A DNA stretch of 48,964 nucleotides from Candidatus Saccharimonadia bacterium (GCA_041743505.1 JBGTMQ010000008.1:135183-184146), one strand, 5' to 3'. Shown: positions 1 through 9,381, numbered from the stretch's first letter. Program-made: numbers and translations. Notes: generated by a model not told the origin, from the sequence alone.

Positions 1-234
1 GTAGAAGGCGATTGTACCGGCCAGGTTATCGTGAATCCAGAAATAGGCCCCATAACCCCGCACGTTGCTCTGGCTCCATCCCGTCAGTGATAGCGAAAAC
101 AAGCATAGAACCGCCCACAACCAACCGAGACAGATACGATGCATCGGCGTTCGGCCGGAGCACAGGGTTTCAAACACCGCAATGCCTAGACACAAAATGG
201 CCAGCGCAGCTGTTGCATTGGTAATGATTCCCAT
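1..234 (-). CDS. hypothetical membrane protein, 5' part (runs off the window start)
   Basis: ATG at 234 preceded by GGAGAGG. Open frame to base 1 (MGIITNATAALAILCLGIAVF...WLWAVLCLFSLSL...), hydrophobic. Absent from the ORF track because no stop lies in the window. Confidence 0.6.
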   Translation of the reverse strand, partial: MGIITNATAALAILCLGIAVFETLCSGRTPMHRICLGWLWAVLCLFSLSLTGWSQSNVRGYGAYFWIHDNLAGTIAFY

Positions 235-455
235 GTCAATCCTCTCCGTCACAAGTTACTCGATACTCAGATTGAGTAATATCGCTCTATTATTATAGCA
301 TAGATACGAGATTTTTGCAATATTCAGCACAGCCAGGTTCCCAGAATCAAAAATATATTACTGACAAGCAGCCGGGTTTGTGTTACAATTACATAAATGT
401 AAATCGGCACCGGCGTGTATCAAATAAGTCACCGGTGTTTTAATTTGGAATTCTC

Positions 456-2297
456 ATGCCCGAAACTCTTACCTCAATCGAACTGATCCGTAACGTAGCC
501 ATTATCGCTCACGTTGACCATGGCAAAACCACTCTGGTCGACGGCCTACTCAAGCAGTCCCGCACCTTCCGCGATAACCAAGCCGAAATGCAGCAAACCA
601 CCATCCTCGACACCGGCGACCTGGAACGCGAACGGGGGATTACCATCTCCGCCAAAACCACTTCAGTCAATTATGACGGCTACAAAATCAACATCATCGA
701 CACGCCCGGCCACGCTGACTTCTCGGGCGAAGTTGAGCGTACCCTGGGTATGGCCGATGGCTGCTTGCTCATCGTTGACGCCCAGGAAGGCCCGATGCCG
801 CAAACAAAATTCGTCCTTACCAAAGCACTCAGCCTGGGCCTCAAGCCGGTAGTGGTCATCAATAAAGTCGACAAGCGCGACTCTCGTATCACCGAAGTAG
901 TTGATGAAATCGGCAGCCTGTTTTTGGACTTAGCCGTATCTGACGACCAATTAGAATTTCCGGTCTACTATGCCATTGGCCGTGACGGCAAAGCCTGGGA
1001 CCATATCCCCACTGAACCAGAGTTAGACTCTAACGCAGACCTCACACCGCTTTTTAACGCCATCATTAATGATATCCCAGCCCCAGCCGTCCAACCTGAA
1101 GGACCGTTCCAAATGCTCGTGACTTCATTGGCCTGGGATTCTTACCAGGGTAAGTATGCCATTGGCCGGATCCAGCGGGGAAGTGCCCGTGTGGGCATGC
1201 CATTAGCCCTTATTAATAACCTGGGTCAGATCACCAACTCCAAAGTTGAAAAATTGTTTGTCACCCAAGGCCTGGAACGGGTTGAAGTCGGGGAAGTCCC
1301 AGCCGGCGACATCGCCTGGATTACCGGCATAGCCAACGCCCAAATCGGCGAAACTGTCGCCGACGTAGCTACGCCCGAAGCACTACCCGTCATGGAAATC
1401 GAGCCACCCACATTACAAATTGCTATCGGCCCCAACACCTCACCGTTCGCCGGCAAAGAGGGCAAATCCACCACCAGCCGCCAAATCGGCGGCCGACTGC
1501 AGCGCGAACTCGAAACCAACGTCGGCCTGCGGGTCGAAGAACGCGGCACCACCTTTCTCGTCAGCGGCCGCGGCGAGCTGCACCTGTCAGTACTCATCGA
1601 AACGTTACGCCGCGAAGGCTTTGAGCTGGAAGTCGGCCGCCCACAGGTCGTCACCAAGGAAGTTGACGATCAAATCATGGAGCCAGTCGAGGAACTAACC
1701 ATCGAAGTACCCGATGAATACGCCGGCGCCGTTACCAGCGAGCTAGGTCGCCGCCGGGCCGGCATGACCTCCATGGAACCAACCACCAAAGCCACTCAAC
1801 GCTTGATCTTCCGCTTACCCACCCGGGCTTTGCTGGGTCTGCGGAATGTTTTATTAACCTCAACCAAGGGCACCGCTATCGTCAACAGCCTACTGATTGG
1901 CTACGAGGCCCTGGGTGCACCACTCCAGCAATTGCGTAACGGCGTGCTCATTTCAGCCGAAACCGGCTCCGCCACCACCTACAGCCTCAAAACAGTCGAG
2001 GAGCGTGGCGTCGCCTACATTGGCCCAGGCACCAAAGTCTACGAAGGCATGATCATCGGCCTCAACCGCCGTTCCGACGACATGGAAATCAACGTCACCA
2101 AGGAAAAGAAGCTAACCAACGTGCGCGCCTCCAGTACCGATATGACTACGCAGCTCACGCCCTTCACCGAACTGACGCTCGAAGAGGCCTTGGATTTTAT
2201 TGAAAATGACGAACTACTAGAAGTCACCCCTCAGAATTTACGCATGCGTAAGCGCTATTTGCTACCGCATGAACGCAAACGTCACCGCAACGCTTAG
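456..2297 (+). CDS. typA: translational GTPase TypA/BipA
   Basis: [41 protein letters not shown] and C-terminal ELLEVTP..LRMRK; 613 aa. Confidence 0.98.
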   Translation: MPETLTSIELIRNVAIIAHVDHGKTTLVDGLLKQSRTFRDNQAEMQQTTILDTGDLERERGITISAKTTSVNYDGYKINIIDTPGHADFSGEVERTLGMADGCLLIVDAQEGPMPQTKFVLTKALSLGLKPVVVINKVDKRDSRITEVVDEIGSLFLDLAVSDDQLEFPVYYAIGRDGKAWDHIPTEPELDSNADLTPLFNAIINDIPAPAVQPEGPFQMLVTSLAWDSYQGKYAIGRIQRGSARVGMPLALINNLGQITNSKVEKLFVTQGLERVEVGEVPAGDIAWITGIANAQIGETVADVATPEALPVMEIEPPTLQIAIGPNTSPFAGKEGKSTTSRQIGGRLQRELETNVGLRVEERGTTFLVSGRGELHLSVLIETLRREGFELEVGRPQVVTKEVDDQIMEPVEELTIEVPDEYAGAVTSELGRRRAGMTSMEPTTKATQRLIFRLPTRALLGLRNVLLTSTKGTAIVNSLLIGYEALGAPLQQLRNGVLISAETGSATTYSLKTVEERGVAYIGPGTKVYEGMIIGLNRRSDDMEINVTKEKKLTNVRASSTDMTTQLTPFTELTLEEALDFIENDELLEVTPQNLRMRKRYLLPHERKRHRNA

Positions 2298-2356
2298 CTC
2301 AAAATCTAGCTGGTTGCGGGTAGCATTACCGTATCGTTTCAGGATACAATGTCGCC

Positions 2357-2902
2357 ATGCCTAAACGACTCTTGTCGGCACTCGTGCTGACGCTTTTGCC
2401 TTTCGCGGCCCTGGCCCAGGAAACGCCATCAGCGGGGTTCGACACCCCAGCCAACCAAACCGCACCGGCAGCCGCAGAAAGTCCCATACAATCCCAATCC
2501 AGCACCAGCGACCCCGGACAGACAGCCACCGGCAGCGGTGTCCAGGGCACCCAAACAGCCCCAACCTCCGGTGGGTCCACCGCCGATAGCAGCGCCCTGC
2601 AGCCTGCCGCCGGTGCCGGCCTTGGCTCATCCACCACTGATTCAACCGGTCTCGTGGCGCCCACCACAAATCCGCTCCAAGCCCTGGGCTCCAACACCGA
2701 CCAACTGAAGGTGCTGCTAGGATCCGAAGCCGACGGGGAACAATATGATCTCACCACCGAGAACACCGACCCCAATCAATTACTGCTCGATACGCTCATA
2801 ATCGCTCTGCTGGCCGCAGCCGCTATCGGACTCTTCTTCATGCGCCGCCGACAACTCGCCCGTGCTCAGGCCCGCTATACGCACATCGAACCAAACCGCT
2901 AG
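2357..2902 (+). CDS. secreted/surface protein with Ser/Thr/Ala/Gln-rich linker and C-terminal membrane anchor
   Basis: signal peptide ending AALA-Q, low-complexity middle, C-terminal hydrophobic helix followed by RRR. Confidence 0.8.
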   Translation: MPKRLLSALVLTLLPFAALAQETPSAGFDTPANQTAPAAAESPIQSQSSTSDPGQTATGSGVQGTQTAPTSGGSTADSSALQPAAGAGLGSSTTDSTGLVAPTTNPLQALGSNTDQLKVLLGSEADGEQYDLTTENTDPNQLLLDTLIIALLAAAAIGLFFMRRRQLARAQARYTHIEPNR

Positions 2903-2936
2903 CCCTTCTTCTCCAAAGCAGTTATGCTAGGGGCAT

Positions 2937-4601
2937 ATGAGAACACGCCTGTCACCACCGGTTTTTGACCGGGACGAGCACTACGAAGCAGCTTCACGAA
3001 CCGTTCGCTGGGTTTGTTTAGGTCTGGCTCTCATTACCTATCCAAGCGACCAGCCTTTTAGCTTCGCTGTCTTTGTTTTAATTCTCGCCATTGGTGTATT
3101 CAATCTTCTGCGCTACAGCAAGCGTCTCATGCGGATACCGGCGTTTTCCTCCCGGGTCAATACTCTGGCCATCGATCATGTATTCATTTTGGGCCTCGTA
3201 TTATTTTCCGGCGGGTTAACCAGCCCCTACTATCCGCTATTCTTCTTAATCATTATTGCCATTATCGCCTCGTACGGCGTAGCCGGATTCGCTATAGCCC
3301 TGGCTAGCCAGGTTGTTATTACGCCACTGCTGCTCGTTACCGGCGGCACCGCACTGCCAGCTACACCCGAGTTTGAGTTCATTATTAAAATCGTATTTCT
3401 CATTATCTTTAGCTTGGTCGCCGAACAATCTGTCCGCAGCCGGGATGAAGAAACATTACTGGAAACCAGTTTCACCCGCCGGATCGAAAATGAACGCCAG
3501 CGGCTCCTGGCCCTCATTAACTCACTTGGCAGCGCCGTGTTGGCTCTCGACGAAAATGGCAAGGTTTATCTGTATAACGCCGCCGCACTGGAGCTCCTCA
3601 ACACGAACCGCGATATTACCGGCCAGCCCATAGATGATCTGTTATCTCTGCACGACGAAAAATACACGGCAGTTGATATCTTCGCCATTATCCGGGAACG
3701 GGATCAGGTCGTAAACCGCCAAGACCTCGTGTTTGTACCCAATGACGGCTCCGAAATGAACTTGGACCTGACAGCCTCGCCGGTGCATACCTCCGGCTTT
3801 GGTGGCTCAAACTGGGGTGGCTACATGCTGGTATTCCGGGACATCACCAAACAAAAGTCACTTGATGAGGAGCGGGACGAATTCATCGCCGTCACCTCGC
3901 ATGAACTCCGCACCCCACTTGCTATCATGGAAGCCAATCTATCCACCGCGCTACTGCCCGGTTTTGCCAAGATTGAACCAAAGGCCATGGAGCTACTAAA
4001 ACAAGCGCACGATAACTCGCTGTTCCTAAGCCAGCTCATCCAGGACCTGACGACCTTGTCTCGAGCCGAGAGGGGAGTGTTTAAAACCGAGCAGACGCTG
4101 GTGGATCTTGGCCAACTAGTCGAGAACCTCGGCCGCGATTACATCTCACAAGCCAAAGCCAAAGGCCTCAAACTCGAAGTAGCTATCGATAAAAAAGCTA
4201 ACAAGGTCCTCTCTAGCGAATCCGAACTTCGCGAAATTGTTCAAAATCTGCTTACCAATGCCATAAAGTACACTCAAAAAGGTTCCATACTCCTAAGCCT
4301 AACTCATCACCAGGACAAAGCCATCGTCAGCGTCAAAGACAGCGGCATCGGTATCTCAGCCAGCGACAAAACCAAAGTATTCGGTAAGTTCTACCGATCT
4401 GAGGATTACCGCACCCGGGCAACCGGCGGCACTGGATTAGGTCTCTACATCACCAAGAAACTAGCCGGACATATGGGCTTATCCATCGATTTTACTTCCC
4501 GGCTTAACCGCGGCTCCACATTCAGTCTGACCGTTCCTTACCACGCACCTATTCGCGAAACCCAAGTAGTGGCAGAAACAGCCCAATTGGCTAATCAGTA
4601 G
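2937..4601 (+). CDS. membrane PAS-domain sensor histidine kinase
   Basis: N-terminal TM helices, PAS region, H-box SHELRTPL, N-box NLLTNAIKYT, DSGIGI, GGTGLGL. Confidence 0.95.
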   Translation: MRTRLSPPVFDRDEHYEAASRTVRWVCLGLALITYPSDQPFSFAVFVLILAIGVFNLLRYSKRLMRIPAFSSRVNTLAIDHVFILGLVLFSGGLTSPYYPLFFLIIIAIIASYGVAGFAIALASQVVITPLLLVTGGTALPATPEFEFIIKIVFLIIFSLVAEQSVRSRDEETLLETSFTRRIENERQRLLALINSLGSAVLALDENGKVYLYNAAALELLNTNRDITGQPIDDLLSLHDEKYTAVDIFAIIRERDQVVNRQDLVFVPNDGSEMNLDLTASPVHTSGFGGSNWGGYMLVFRDITKQKSLDEERDEFIAVTSHELRTPLAIMEANLSTALLPGFAKIEPKAMELLKQAHDNSLFLSQLIQDLTTLSRAERGVFKTEQTLVDLGQLVENLGRDYISQAKAKGLKLEVAIDKKANKVLSSESELREIVQNLLTNAIKYTQKGSILLSLTHHQDKAIVSVKDSGIGISASDKTKVFGKFYRSEDYRTRATGGTGLGLYITKKLAGHMGLSIDFTSRLNRGSTFSLTVPYHAPIRETQVVAETAQLANQ

Positions 4602-4718
4602 AAATTCCAGAAGCCATGCACTCGTTTTTGGAGATACATACTAAATTCCTGGGGACAGCTTGCGGATAAACCTGCCCGCCCATAATAATTGGAAAGTAAC
4701 GCCATTAGTGCTTAAATA

Positions 4719-6137
4719 ATGCTAATGGTTTGTCCAAATTGCTCATCCACCGACATCATCACCGTACAAGACCAACGGTTCTGCATTAGTTGCGGCCAAA
4801 TCTTGTCCGACATCAAGCCTGCCGCCGCGCCGTCAAAGCCCGTTGCCGCATCATCAAAGTTGACCGCCATTCCACCGAAATCGACCACCCTAGTAGAATC
4901 AAATGTCACGATCAGTGCCAACCCGGCAGCCAAACGTCGAAAACCAGGCCGTCCCAAGGCCGGCCGTTTGGACGCACCCCAGCCGGAAGCTGTATTGCCC
5001 GAAACAAACCCACCAGCTTCATCGGATATAGTCGTTCCAGTAGCAGCCACCGCTCCGCGTATCGCTCGCAGCACCGGACGGCGGCTCAGCGATATCGCGA
5101 CCACCAAACCCCGGGCCACACCAGCAACCAAGCCGGCACCGGACTCAAAGGTTATAGCGAAACCAATTCCGCTCCGCTCAGAACCGCTGCCATATGGCAC
5201 TATCGAAAGCGCTAGCCTGCACGAGCGTTTCCGACTCCGAACCATTGTCTGGACGATTTGGCCGGCCGTTTTACTGGCTGTAGTTGCCGGAGCTATAGCC
5301 TATCTGCTGGCAGGCGACCAACCCGGACAAGCCTGGACCGCCACCCAACAAGCCGGTTGGCCGGTCTGGGGCGAGTTAATCCTGGTACTGCTATTATTCT
5401 ACGTCGGCCGCAATATCGGCAGCGCCGCCATTGCCTATGGCATTGCCCGGCGGGCTGACCACCGGCCCCTCCAGCCTGCCCATCAACTAAGTGCCAGCCT
5501 TAACAGTTTCCTCAGCCGCCTGGGCTTCGACGCTATGATGACACTGCTTCAGGCAACCGCAGCAGCACTCATAATTACGCTCGTGATCATTGGCGGCGCC
5601 AACTGGCCGGTACCGGAACTCGTCCAGGTTATAGCCCTGTTCATAGCCTATTTGATACTGGGCTATCTGCTAACCGGCCTTGGCTTAACCCAAGGGTTGG
5701 GGCATGTAGCGTTAACCCTGGGCAACCTGTCAATTTGGCAAGCCTTTACCCTGGGGTGGAACTTCTTCCGGCGCCATTTTGAAATGGTCGGATTTAAAAT
5801 CCTCAGTCTTATTGTTGAGTTGCTTCTAGCTTTACCATTATTTGCTGCAGTTGTAGCCCTGGTACTCTACCTGCCTCCTGAGTTGACCTGGTTTGCCGCC
5901 CTCAGCGCCATAATCCTGACGACTACCGGAGGCGCTCTGGTAGGTGCCGGAACAGCCGTCTGGTGGCAAGCTGCTTACCGGGCTCTAGTCCATCGCAGCC
6001 GGCCTCAGCAAGCCCACAAGCTGTTATCCGGCCGTCAGCCACAACCAACCCAACAAGGCGCCGCCGTGGCTGTAGCAGTCATCATTACCATTCTCGCAGG
6101 CCTGGCCAGTATCTGGCCCTGGGTAACGATCGGCTAG
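4719..6137 (+). CDS. zinc-ribbon / Pro-rich / polytopic membrane protein
   Basis: CPNC...CISC at the N-terminus, KRRKPGRPK motif, Pro/Ala-rich linker, many C-terminal TM helices. Confidence 0.8.
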   Translation: MLMVCPNCSSTDIITVQDQRFCISCGQILSDIKPAAAPSKPVAASSKLTAIPPKSTTLVESNVTISANPAAKRRKPGRPKAGRLDAPQPEAVLPETNPPASSDIVVPVAATAPRIARSTGRRLSDIATTKPRATPATKPAPDSKVIAKPIPLRSEPLPYGTIESASLHERFRLRTIVWTIWPAVLLAVVAGAIAYLLAGDQPGQAWTATQQAGWPVWGELILVLLLFYVGRNIGSAAIAYGIARRADHRPLQPAHQLSASLNSFLSRLGFDAMMTLLQATAAALIITLVIIGGANWPVPELVQVIALFIAYLILGYLLTGLGLTQGLGHVALTLGNLSIWQAFTLGWNFFRRHFEMVGFKILSLIVELLLALPLFAAVVALVLYLPPELTWFAALSAIILTTTGGALVGAGTAVWWQAAYRALVHRSRPQQAHKLLSGRQPQPTQQGAAVAVAVIITILAGLASIWPWVTIG

Positions 6138-6171
6138 CCGGATTCAAGTTCAATTCGCAAGATACATCTCC

Positions 6172-6200
6172 TTGACTTTTTGGCAGCGATCAGGCATATT
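6172..6200 (+). promoter_or_regulatory. sigma70 promoter for secE-nusG
   Basis: TTGACT-17 bp-CATATT. Confidence 0.55.
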
Positions 6201-6268
6201 TATAGCAAAGCCGCAGGCTTTTTAAATTTGCGCTTAGACGATTCAAGCGCATAGGAAAGAACCACGCG

Positions 6269-6460
6269 ATGAAGACATTTTTTAATTACCTGGCAGCCTC
6301 CCGGGTCGAACTGACCAAGGTCACATGGCCAACCCGTCGTCAAACTGCACGTTTGACGGTAATTGTAATTATCTTCTCGCTCATTTTTGCCGCTGTCTTA
6401 GGTACACTCGACTATCTCTTCGCGTTGCTATTAGAAAACATAATTGTTAGAGGATCATAA
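6269..6460 (+). CDS. secE: preprotein translocase subunit SecE
   Basis: ELTKVTWPTR motif plus one TM helix, directly upstream of nusG. Confidence 0.95.
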   Translation: MKTFFNYLAASRVELTKVTWPTRRQTARLTVIVIIFSLIFAAVLGTLDYLFALLLENIIVRGS

Positions 6461-7002
6461 TGTCCGAAGAACGTAAGCTAAAAGCACATTGGTACGTCAT
6501 TCATACTTATTCCGGTTATGAAGACCGCGTAGCCGAAAACCTGCGCCAGCGCATCGACACTATGCACATGCAGGACAAAATTTTCGACGTCATCGTACCC
6601 AAAGAGAACCAGATCGAAATCAAAAACGGCCGCCGCCGCATCGTCGAACGCCGCATTTTCCCAGGCTACGTCCTGGTACAAATGGACGTCACCGAGGATT
6701 CTTGGTACGTCGTCCGTAACACCCCCAATGTCACCGGCTTTGTCGGCTCGGGCACAACTCCTACGCCAATTTCCGAGGATGAAGTCAAACACATCCAAAA
6801 GCGCATGGGTGTCGAAGAACCCAAGTTTAAGATCGACTTTATGGCCGGCGAAGCTGTCAACATTACCGACGGTCCATTCAAAGGCTTCGACGGCATGGTA
6901 TCCGAAATTGACGAAAATAAGGGCAAGATCAAAGTCCTAGTCAACATGTTTGGCCGCGAAACCCCGGTTGAGCTCGACAGCCTTCAAGTCAAGAAAATCT
7001 AA
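6460..7002 (+). CDS. nusG: transcription termination/antitermination factor NusG
   Basis: WYVIHTYSGYE, FPGYVLV, VRNTPNVTGFVG, KOW motif GPFKGFDG, MFGRETPVEL. Confidence 0.98.
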   Translation: MSEERKLKAHWYVIHTYSGYEDRVAENLRQRIDTMHMQDKIFDVIVPKENQIEIKNGRRRIVERRIFPGYVLVQMDVTEDSWYVVRNTPNVTGFVGSGTTPTPISEDEVKHIQKRMGVEEPKFKIDFMAGEAVNITDGPFKGFDGMVSEIDENKGKIKVLVNMFGRETPVELDSLQVKKI

Positions 7003-7021
7003 AACATTATTACAGGAATTT

Positions 7022-7058
7022 CGGTCCGGTCACACAATATTACTGTGTGACCGGACCG
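7022..7058 (-). terminator. 15-bp perfect hairpin between convergent nusG and cassette A
   Basis: CGGTCCGGTCACACA / TGTGTGACCGGACCG; the paralogous hairpin at 7661-7700 has compensatory changes. Confidence 0.7.
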
Positions 7059-7075
7059 GCTGGTGTCAGGACAAA

Positions 7076-7402
7076 TTAGTGAAAACCACCATGTCCGCTG
7101 CTGCACCAGCCCATAACGACCGGCGAGCCATCAAGCATGAACCGCCAGGTAGCAGCTTGTTCGTCGCTCACCTGATCGGCCGGGACAACCTCAGTCACCT
7201 GGACGCGGGCTTCCTCGTCAGTGACCTCAAGCAGAGCTTCGTCGAGAGCAACCTCAAAATGGCTGTGCAGCACCTGCACAGCCAAAACGTCGGTCAAGCC
7301 CTCGTCTGCGAGAAAGGCCCCCACCTTCTCCAAAGCCGCATCCAGCTCCGGTCCACGCCGGACCTCGCGGATGTGAGGTGCGGCCCTCAATGCGGTTGTC
7401 AT
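7076..7402 (-). CDS. hypothetical protein, copy A (LHSHF motif, C-terminal Cys/His tail)
   Basis: SD GGAGAGG; frame conserved in paralog 7726..8058. Confidence 0.85.
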   Translation of the reverse strand: MTTALRAAPHIREVRRGPELDAALEKVGAFLADEGLTDVLAVQVLHSHFEVALDEALLEVTDEEARVQVTEVVPADQVSDEQAATWRFMLDGSPVVMGWCSSGHGGFH

Positions 7403-7511
7403 ACTGTTTCCTCTCCGTAATGCTCAGGACTACATTGTCCCAGCGCCCCAGTTGATGCAAGACTGTTTCCAAGAGCGGCATGCGGCCACTCTTATCATTG
7501 CACCGACTGTT
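7403..7511 (-). ncRNA. candidate structured cis-regulatory 5' leader, copy A
   Basis: stems conserved relative to copy B through compensatory and G-U changes; lies between a TATACT -10 box and the SD. Confidence 0.65.
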
Positions 7512-7539
7512 AGTATACCAACCTTTCATCTATTGCCAA
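7512..7539 (-). promoter_or_regulatory. promoter of cassette A
   Basis: TTGGCA-16-TATACT on the minus strand; copy B has TTGGTA-16-TATACT at 8167-8194. Confidence 0.6.
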
Positions 7540-7586
7540 CGTCCATCTTCACTACTCGCAAACGCAGCCTTATGACTAATGTTTTG

Positions 7587-7646
7587 CAACATGTTTGGCC
7601 ACGAGACCCCAATTGAACTCGACAGCCTTCAGGTGAAAAGGTCTAA
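7587..7646 (+). pseudogene. nusG: duplicated 3' fragment of nusG
   Basis: encodes NMFGHETPIELDSLQVK..., aligns to 6942-7002 with a 1-nt deletion. Confidence 0.9.
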
Positions 7647-7660
7647 CGGGCAACTAAATA

Positions 7661-7700
7661 CCGGTCCAACCACACTATTGTTGCAGTGTAGTTGGACCGG
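7661..7700 (-). terminator. hairpin downstream of cassette B
   Basis: CCGGTCCAACCACACT / AGTGTAGTTGGACCGG; the single mismatch is a G-U pair on the minus strand. Confidence 0.7.
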
Positions 7701-7725
7701 GTGGTGTCGAGAGTAGTGCAGACCA

Positions 7726-8058
7726 TCAATGTCTGGTTATTCCCTCGGGGTTAGTGGTGCAATGACCCATGACAACCGGCCGGCCATCGGACCCGAACCG
7801 CCAAGTGGCGGCCTGCTCGTCGCTGACCTTAGTAATAGGAACAACCCGGGTCACCTGGACGCGAGCGTCCTCGTCAGTAACCTCAAGCAGTGTCTCGCCG
7901 GCCGCAACAGGGAAGTGGCTGTGCAGCACCTGCACAGCCAAAACGTCGGTCAAGCCCTCGTCTGCGAGAAAGGCCCCCACCTTCTCCAAAGCCGCATCCA
8001 GCTCCGGTCCACGCCGGACCTCACGGATGTGAGGTGCGGCCCTCAGTGCAGTTGTCAT
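7726..8058 (-). CDS. hypothetical protein, copy B
   Basis: first 49 aa identical to copy A; same SD. Confidence 0.85.
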   Translation of the reverse strand: MTTALRAAPHIREVRRGPELDAALEKVGAFLADEGLTDVLAVQVLHSHFPVAAGETLLEVTDEDARVQVTRVVPITKVSDEQAATWRFGSDGRPVVMGHCTTNPEGITRH

Positions 8059-8166
8059 ACTATTTCCTCTCCGTAGTGCGCAGGACTACATTGTCTCAGC
8101 GCCTGATCGATACAAGATTGTTTCTAAGCGCAGCATCCAACTGCGCTTATCATTGCATCGACTGTT
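8059..8166 (-). ncRNA. candidate structured cis-regulatory 5' leader, copy B
   Basis: covaries with copy A. Confidence 0.65.
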
Positions 8167-8295
8167 AGTATATCAACCATCCCTTGAATACCAACAGTCA
8201 TACGAGTATCCCCTAATGTCATAAAGCTAACCTTACTTTTATTACTGTGCTTGAAATCTCTTCGTCAAACTTCGGACAATAGCTTAACCTCGTCT

Positions 8296-8730
8296 CTAAT
8301 CGCCAAAAATAACTTCGACTAACTTAGCTTTATCATAAGAAGGGTTCATATTGAGCTTCAAAAACTCATTTTTAGTAAACCACCTCCATTCTGCAACATG
8401 GGCAGTTTTCTTAAGCAAGTCTTCTGGCAGCGACACTTTGAAGAATAAGTTCATCCGTGGAATAGCATTCACTACATTTCCAATGTTGTAATATGCAATC
8501 TGGAAGTCAGATGAAACTTCTTTGGCTGGTACACCAAGCTCCTCCTCTATTTCACGAGCCAAGGATGACTCAACTGTTTCACCATGACCTACTCCACCGC
8601 CAGGAAACGCCCACCACATGTCTGAGATTTCTTTAACCAATAGTACTTTGTCGTTTTGAACAATCAACACCCTTATTGCGACACGATATAGGCAATCGTC
8701 GATGTCGTATAATCGTGGATCTATTTGCAT
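8296..8730 (-). CDS. NUDIX hydrolase
   Basis: Nudix box GGGVGHGETVESSLAREIEEELG. Confidence 0.92.
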   Translation of the reverse strand: MQIDPRLYDIDDCLYRVAIRVLIVQNDKVLLVKEISDMWWAFPGGGVGHGETVESSLAREIEEELGVPAKEVSSDFQIAYYNIGNVVNAIPRMNLFFKVSLPEDLLKKTAHVAEWRWFTKNEFLKLNMNPSYDKAKLVEVIFGD

Positions 8731-8863
8731 GCTCTAATCATACCTTATCTGGTGAGCTCAAACCTATTTACCTCCATGACCTAGAGGGATGCTCGCGACG
8801 CGAACAGTCAACTCTTCACAAATGCAGTATTATCTGGTATTATCACGTGGTTATGTAATTCAA

Positions 8864-8894
8864 GTGGGAGGCCGCCAGCGGCCACTCGTACCAC
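8864..8894 (+). promoter_or_regulatory. ribosomal protein L1-binding leader upstream of rplK
   Basis: GTGGGAG-stem-ACCAC adjacent to the SD, the known L1 autoregulatory site pattern. Confidence 0.8.
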
Positions 8895-8906
8895 AAGGAG
8901 TAAATT

Positions 8907-9344
8907 ATGGCAGTCGCCAAGCCCAAACCAGTAAAAGCCAATGTAAAGTTCCGCCTAGCTGCAGGCAAAGCCACTCCAGCGCCGCCAGTCGGCTCAATTT
9001 TGGGCGCCCAGGGCGTCAACATGATGGAGTTCGTCAACGCCTTCAATGAGCAAACCCGCGAGCTAGGCGACGTTAGGCTAGCCGTTAAGGTCCGCATTTT
9101 CGAGGACCGCACCTTCACCTTTACCTTCAAGGGCGACAATACCGCCACACTCATCCGCAAAGCCGCCGGTCTCGACAAAGGCTCAGGCGTACCCAACAAG
9201 ACCAAGGTCGGCAAACTCACTAAGGCCCAGATTCGCGAGATTGCCGAAGTTAAAGCCAAGGACATGAATGCCAATACCCCGGAAGCCGCCGAGAGCATCG
9301 TATCTGGCCAGGCACGCTCAATGGGCATTGAAGTAGTCGATTAA
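8907..9344 (+). CDS. rplK: 50S ribosomal protein L11
   Basis: AGKATPAPPVG..LG, GVNMMEF, ARSMGIEV. Confidence 0.98.
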   Translation: MAVAKPKPVKANVKFRLAAGKATPAPPVGSILGAQGVNMMEFVNAFNEQTRELGDVRLAVKVRIFEDRTFTFTFKGDNTATLIRKAAGLDKGSGVPNKTKVGKLTKAQIREIAEVKAKDMNANTPEAAESIVSGQARSMGIEVVD

Positions 9345-9350
9345 TTAAAC

Positions 9351-9381
9351 GTGGGAGGCCGAGAAGCGCCGCATGCACCAC
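9351..9381 (+). promoter_or_regulatory. second L1-binding leader upstream of rplA
   Basis: GTGGGAGGC...GCC...ACCAC, same pattern as 8864-8894. Confidence 0.75.

Larger units (their letters stand above)
6942..8194. repeat. imperfect tandem duplication (unit A about 6942-7540, unit B about 7587-8194): nusG 3' end + hairpin + small ORF + leader + promoter
   Basis: the two units align directly, with a period of about 650 bp. Confidence 0.93.

Noticed and set aside
12-298. Plus-strand ORFs 12..224 and 65..298
   Set aside because: No SD or recognisable content; the minus-strand frame from 234 is better supported
7403-7447. SAM-II or SAM-SAH riboswitch identity for the leader
   Set aside because: Only short words are shared (AAUGUAG, ACAA...UCCUG) and the order and pairing do not match those classes as I recall them; needs cmscan
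6950-8168. Plus-strand ORFs 6950..7420, 7729..8076 and 7890..8168
   Set aside because: Antisense shadows of the duplicated minus-strand genes, which have the SD, promoter and RNA-structure support
6942-8194. CRISPR array or diversity-generating retroelement TR/VR pair
   Set aside because: Only two long units with no spacers; differences are not confined to adenines; no cas or reverse transcriptase gene in the window
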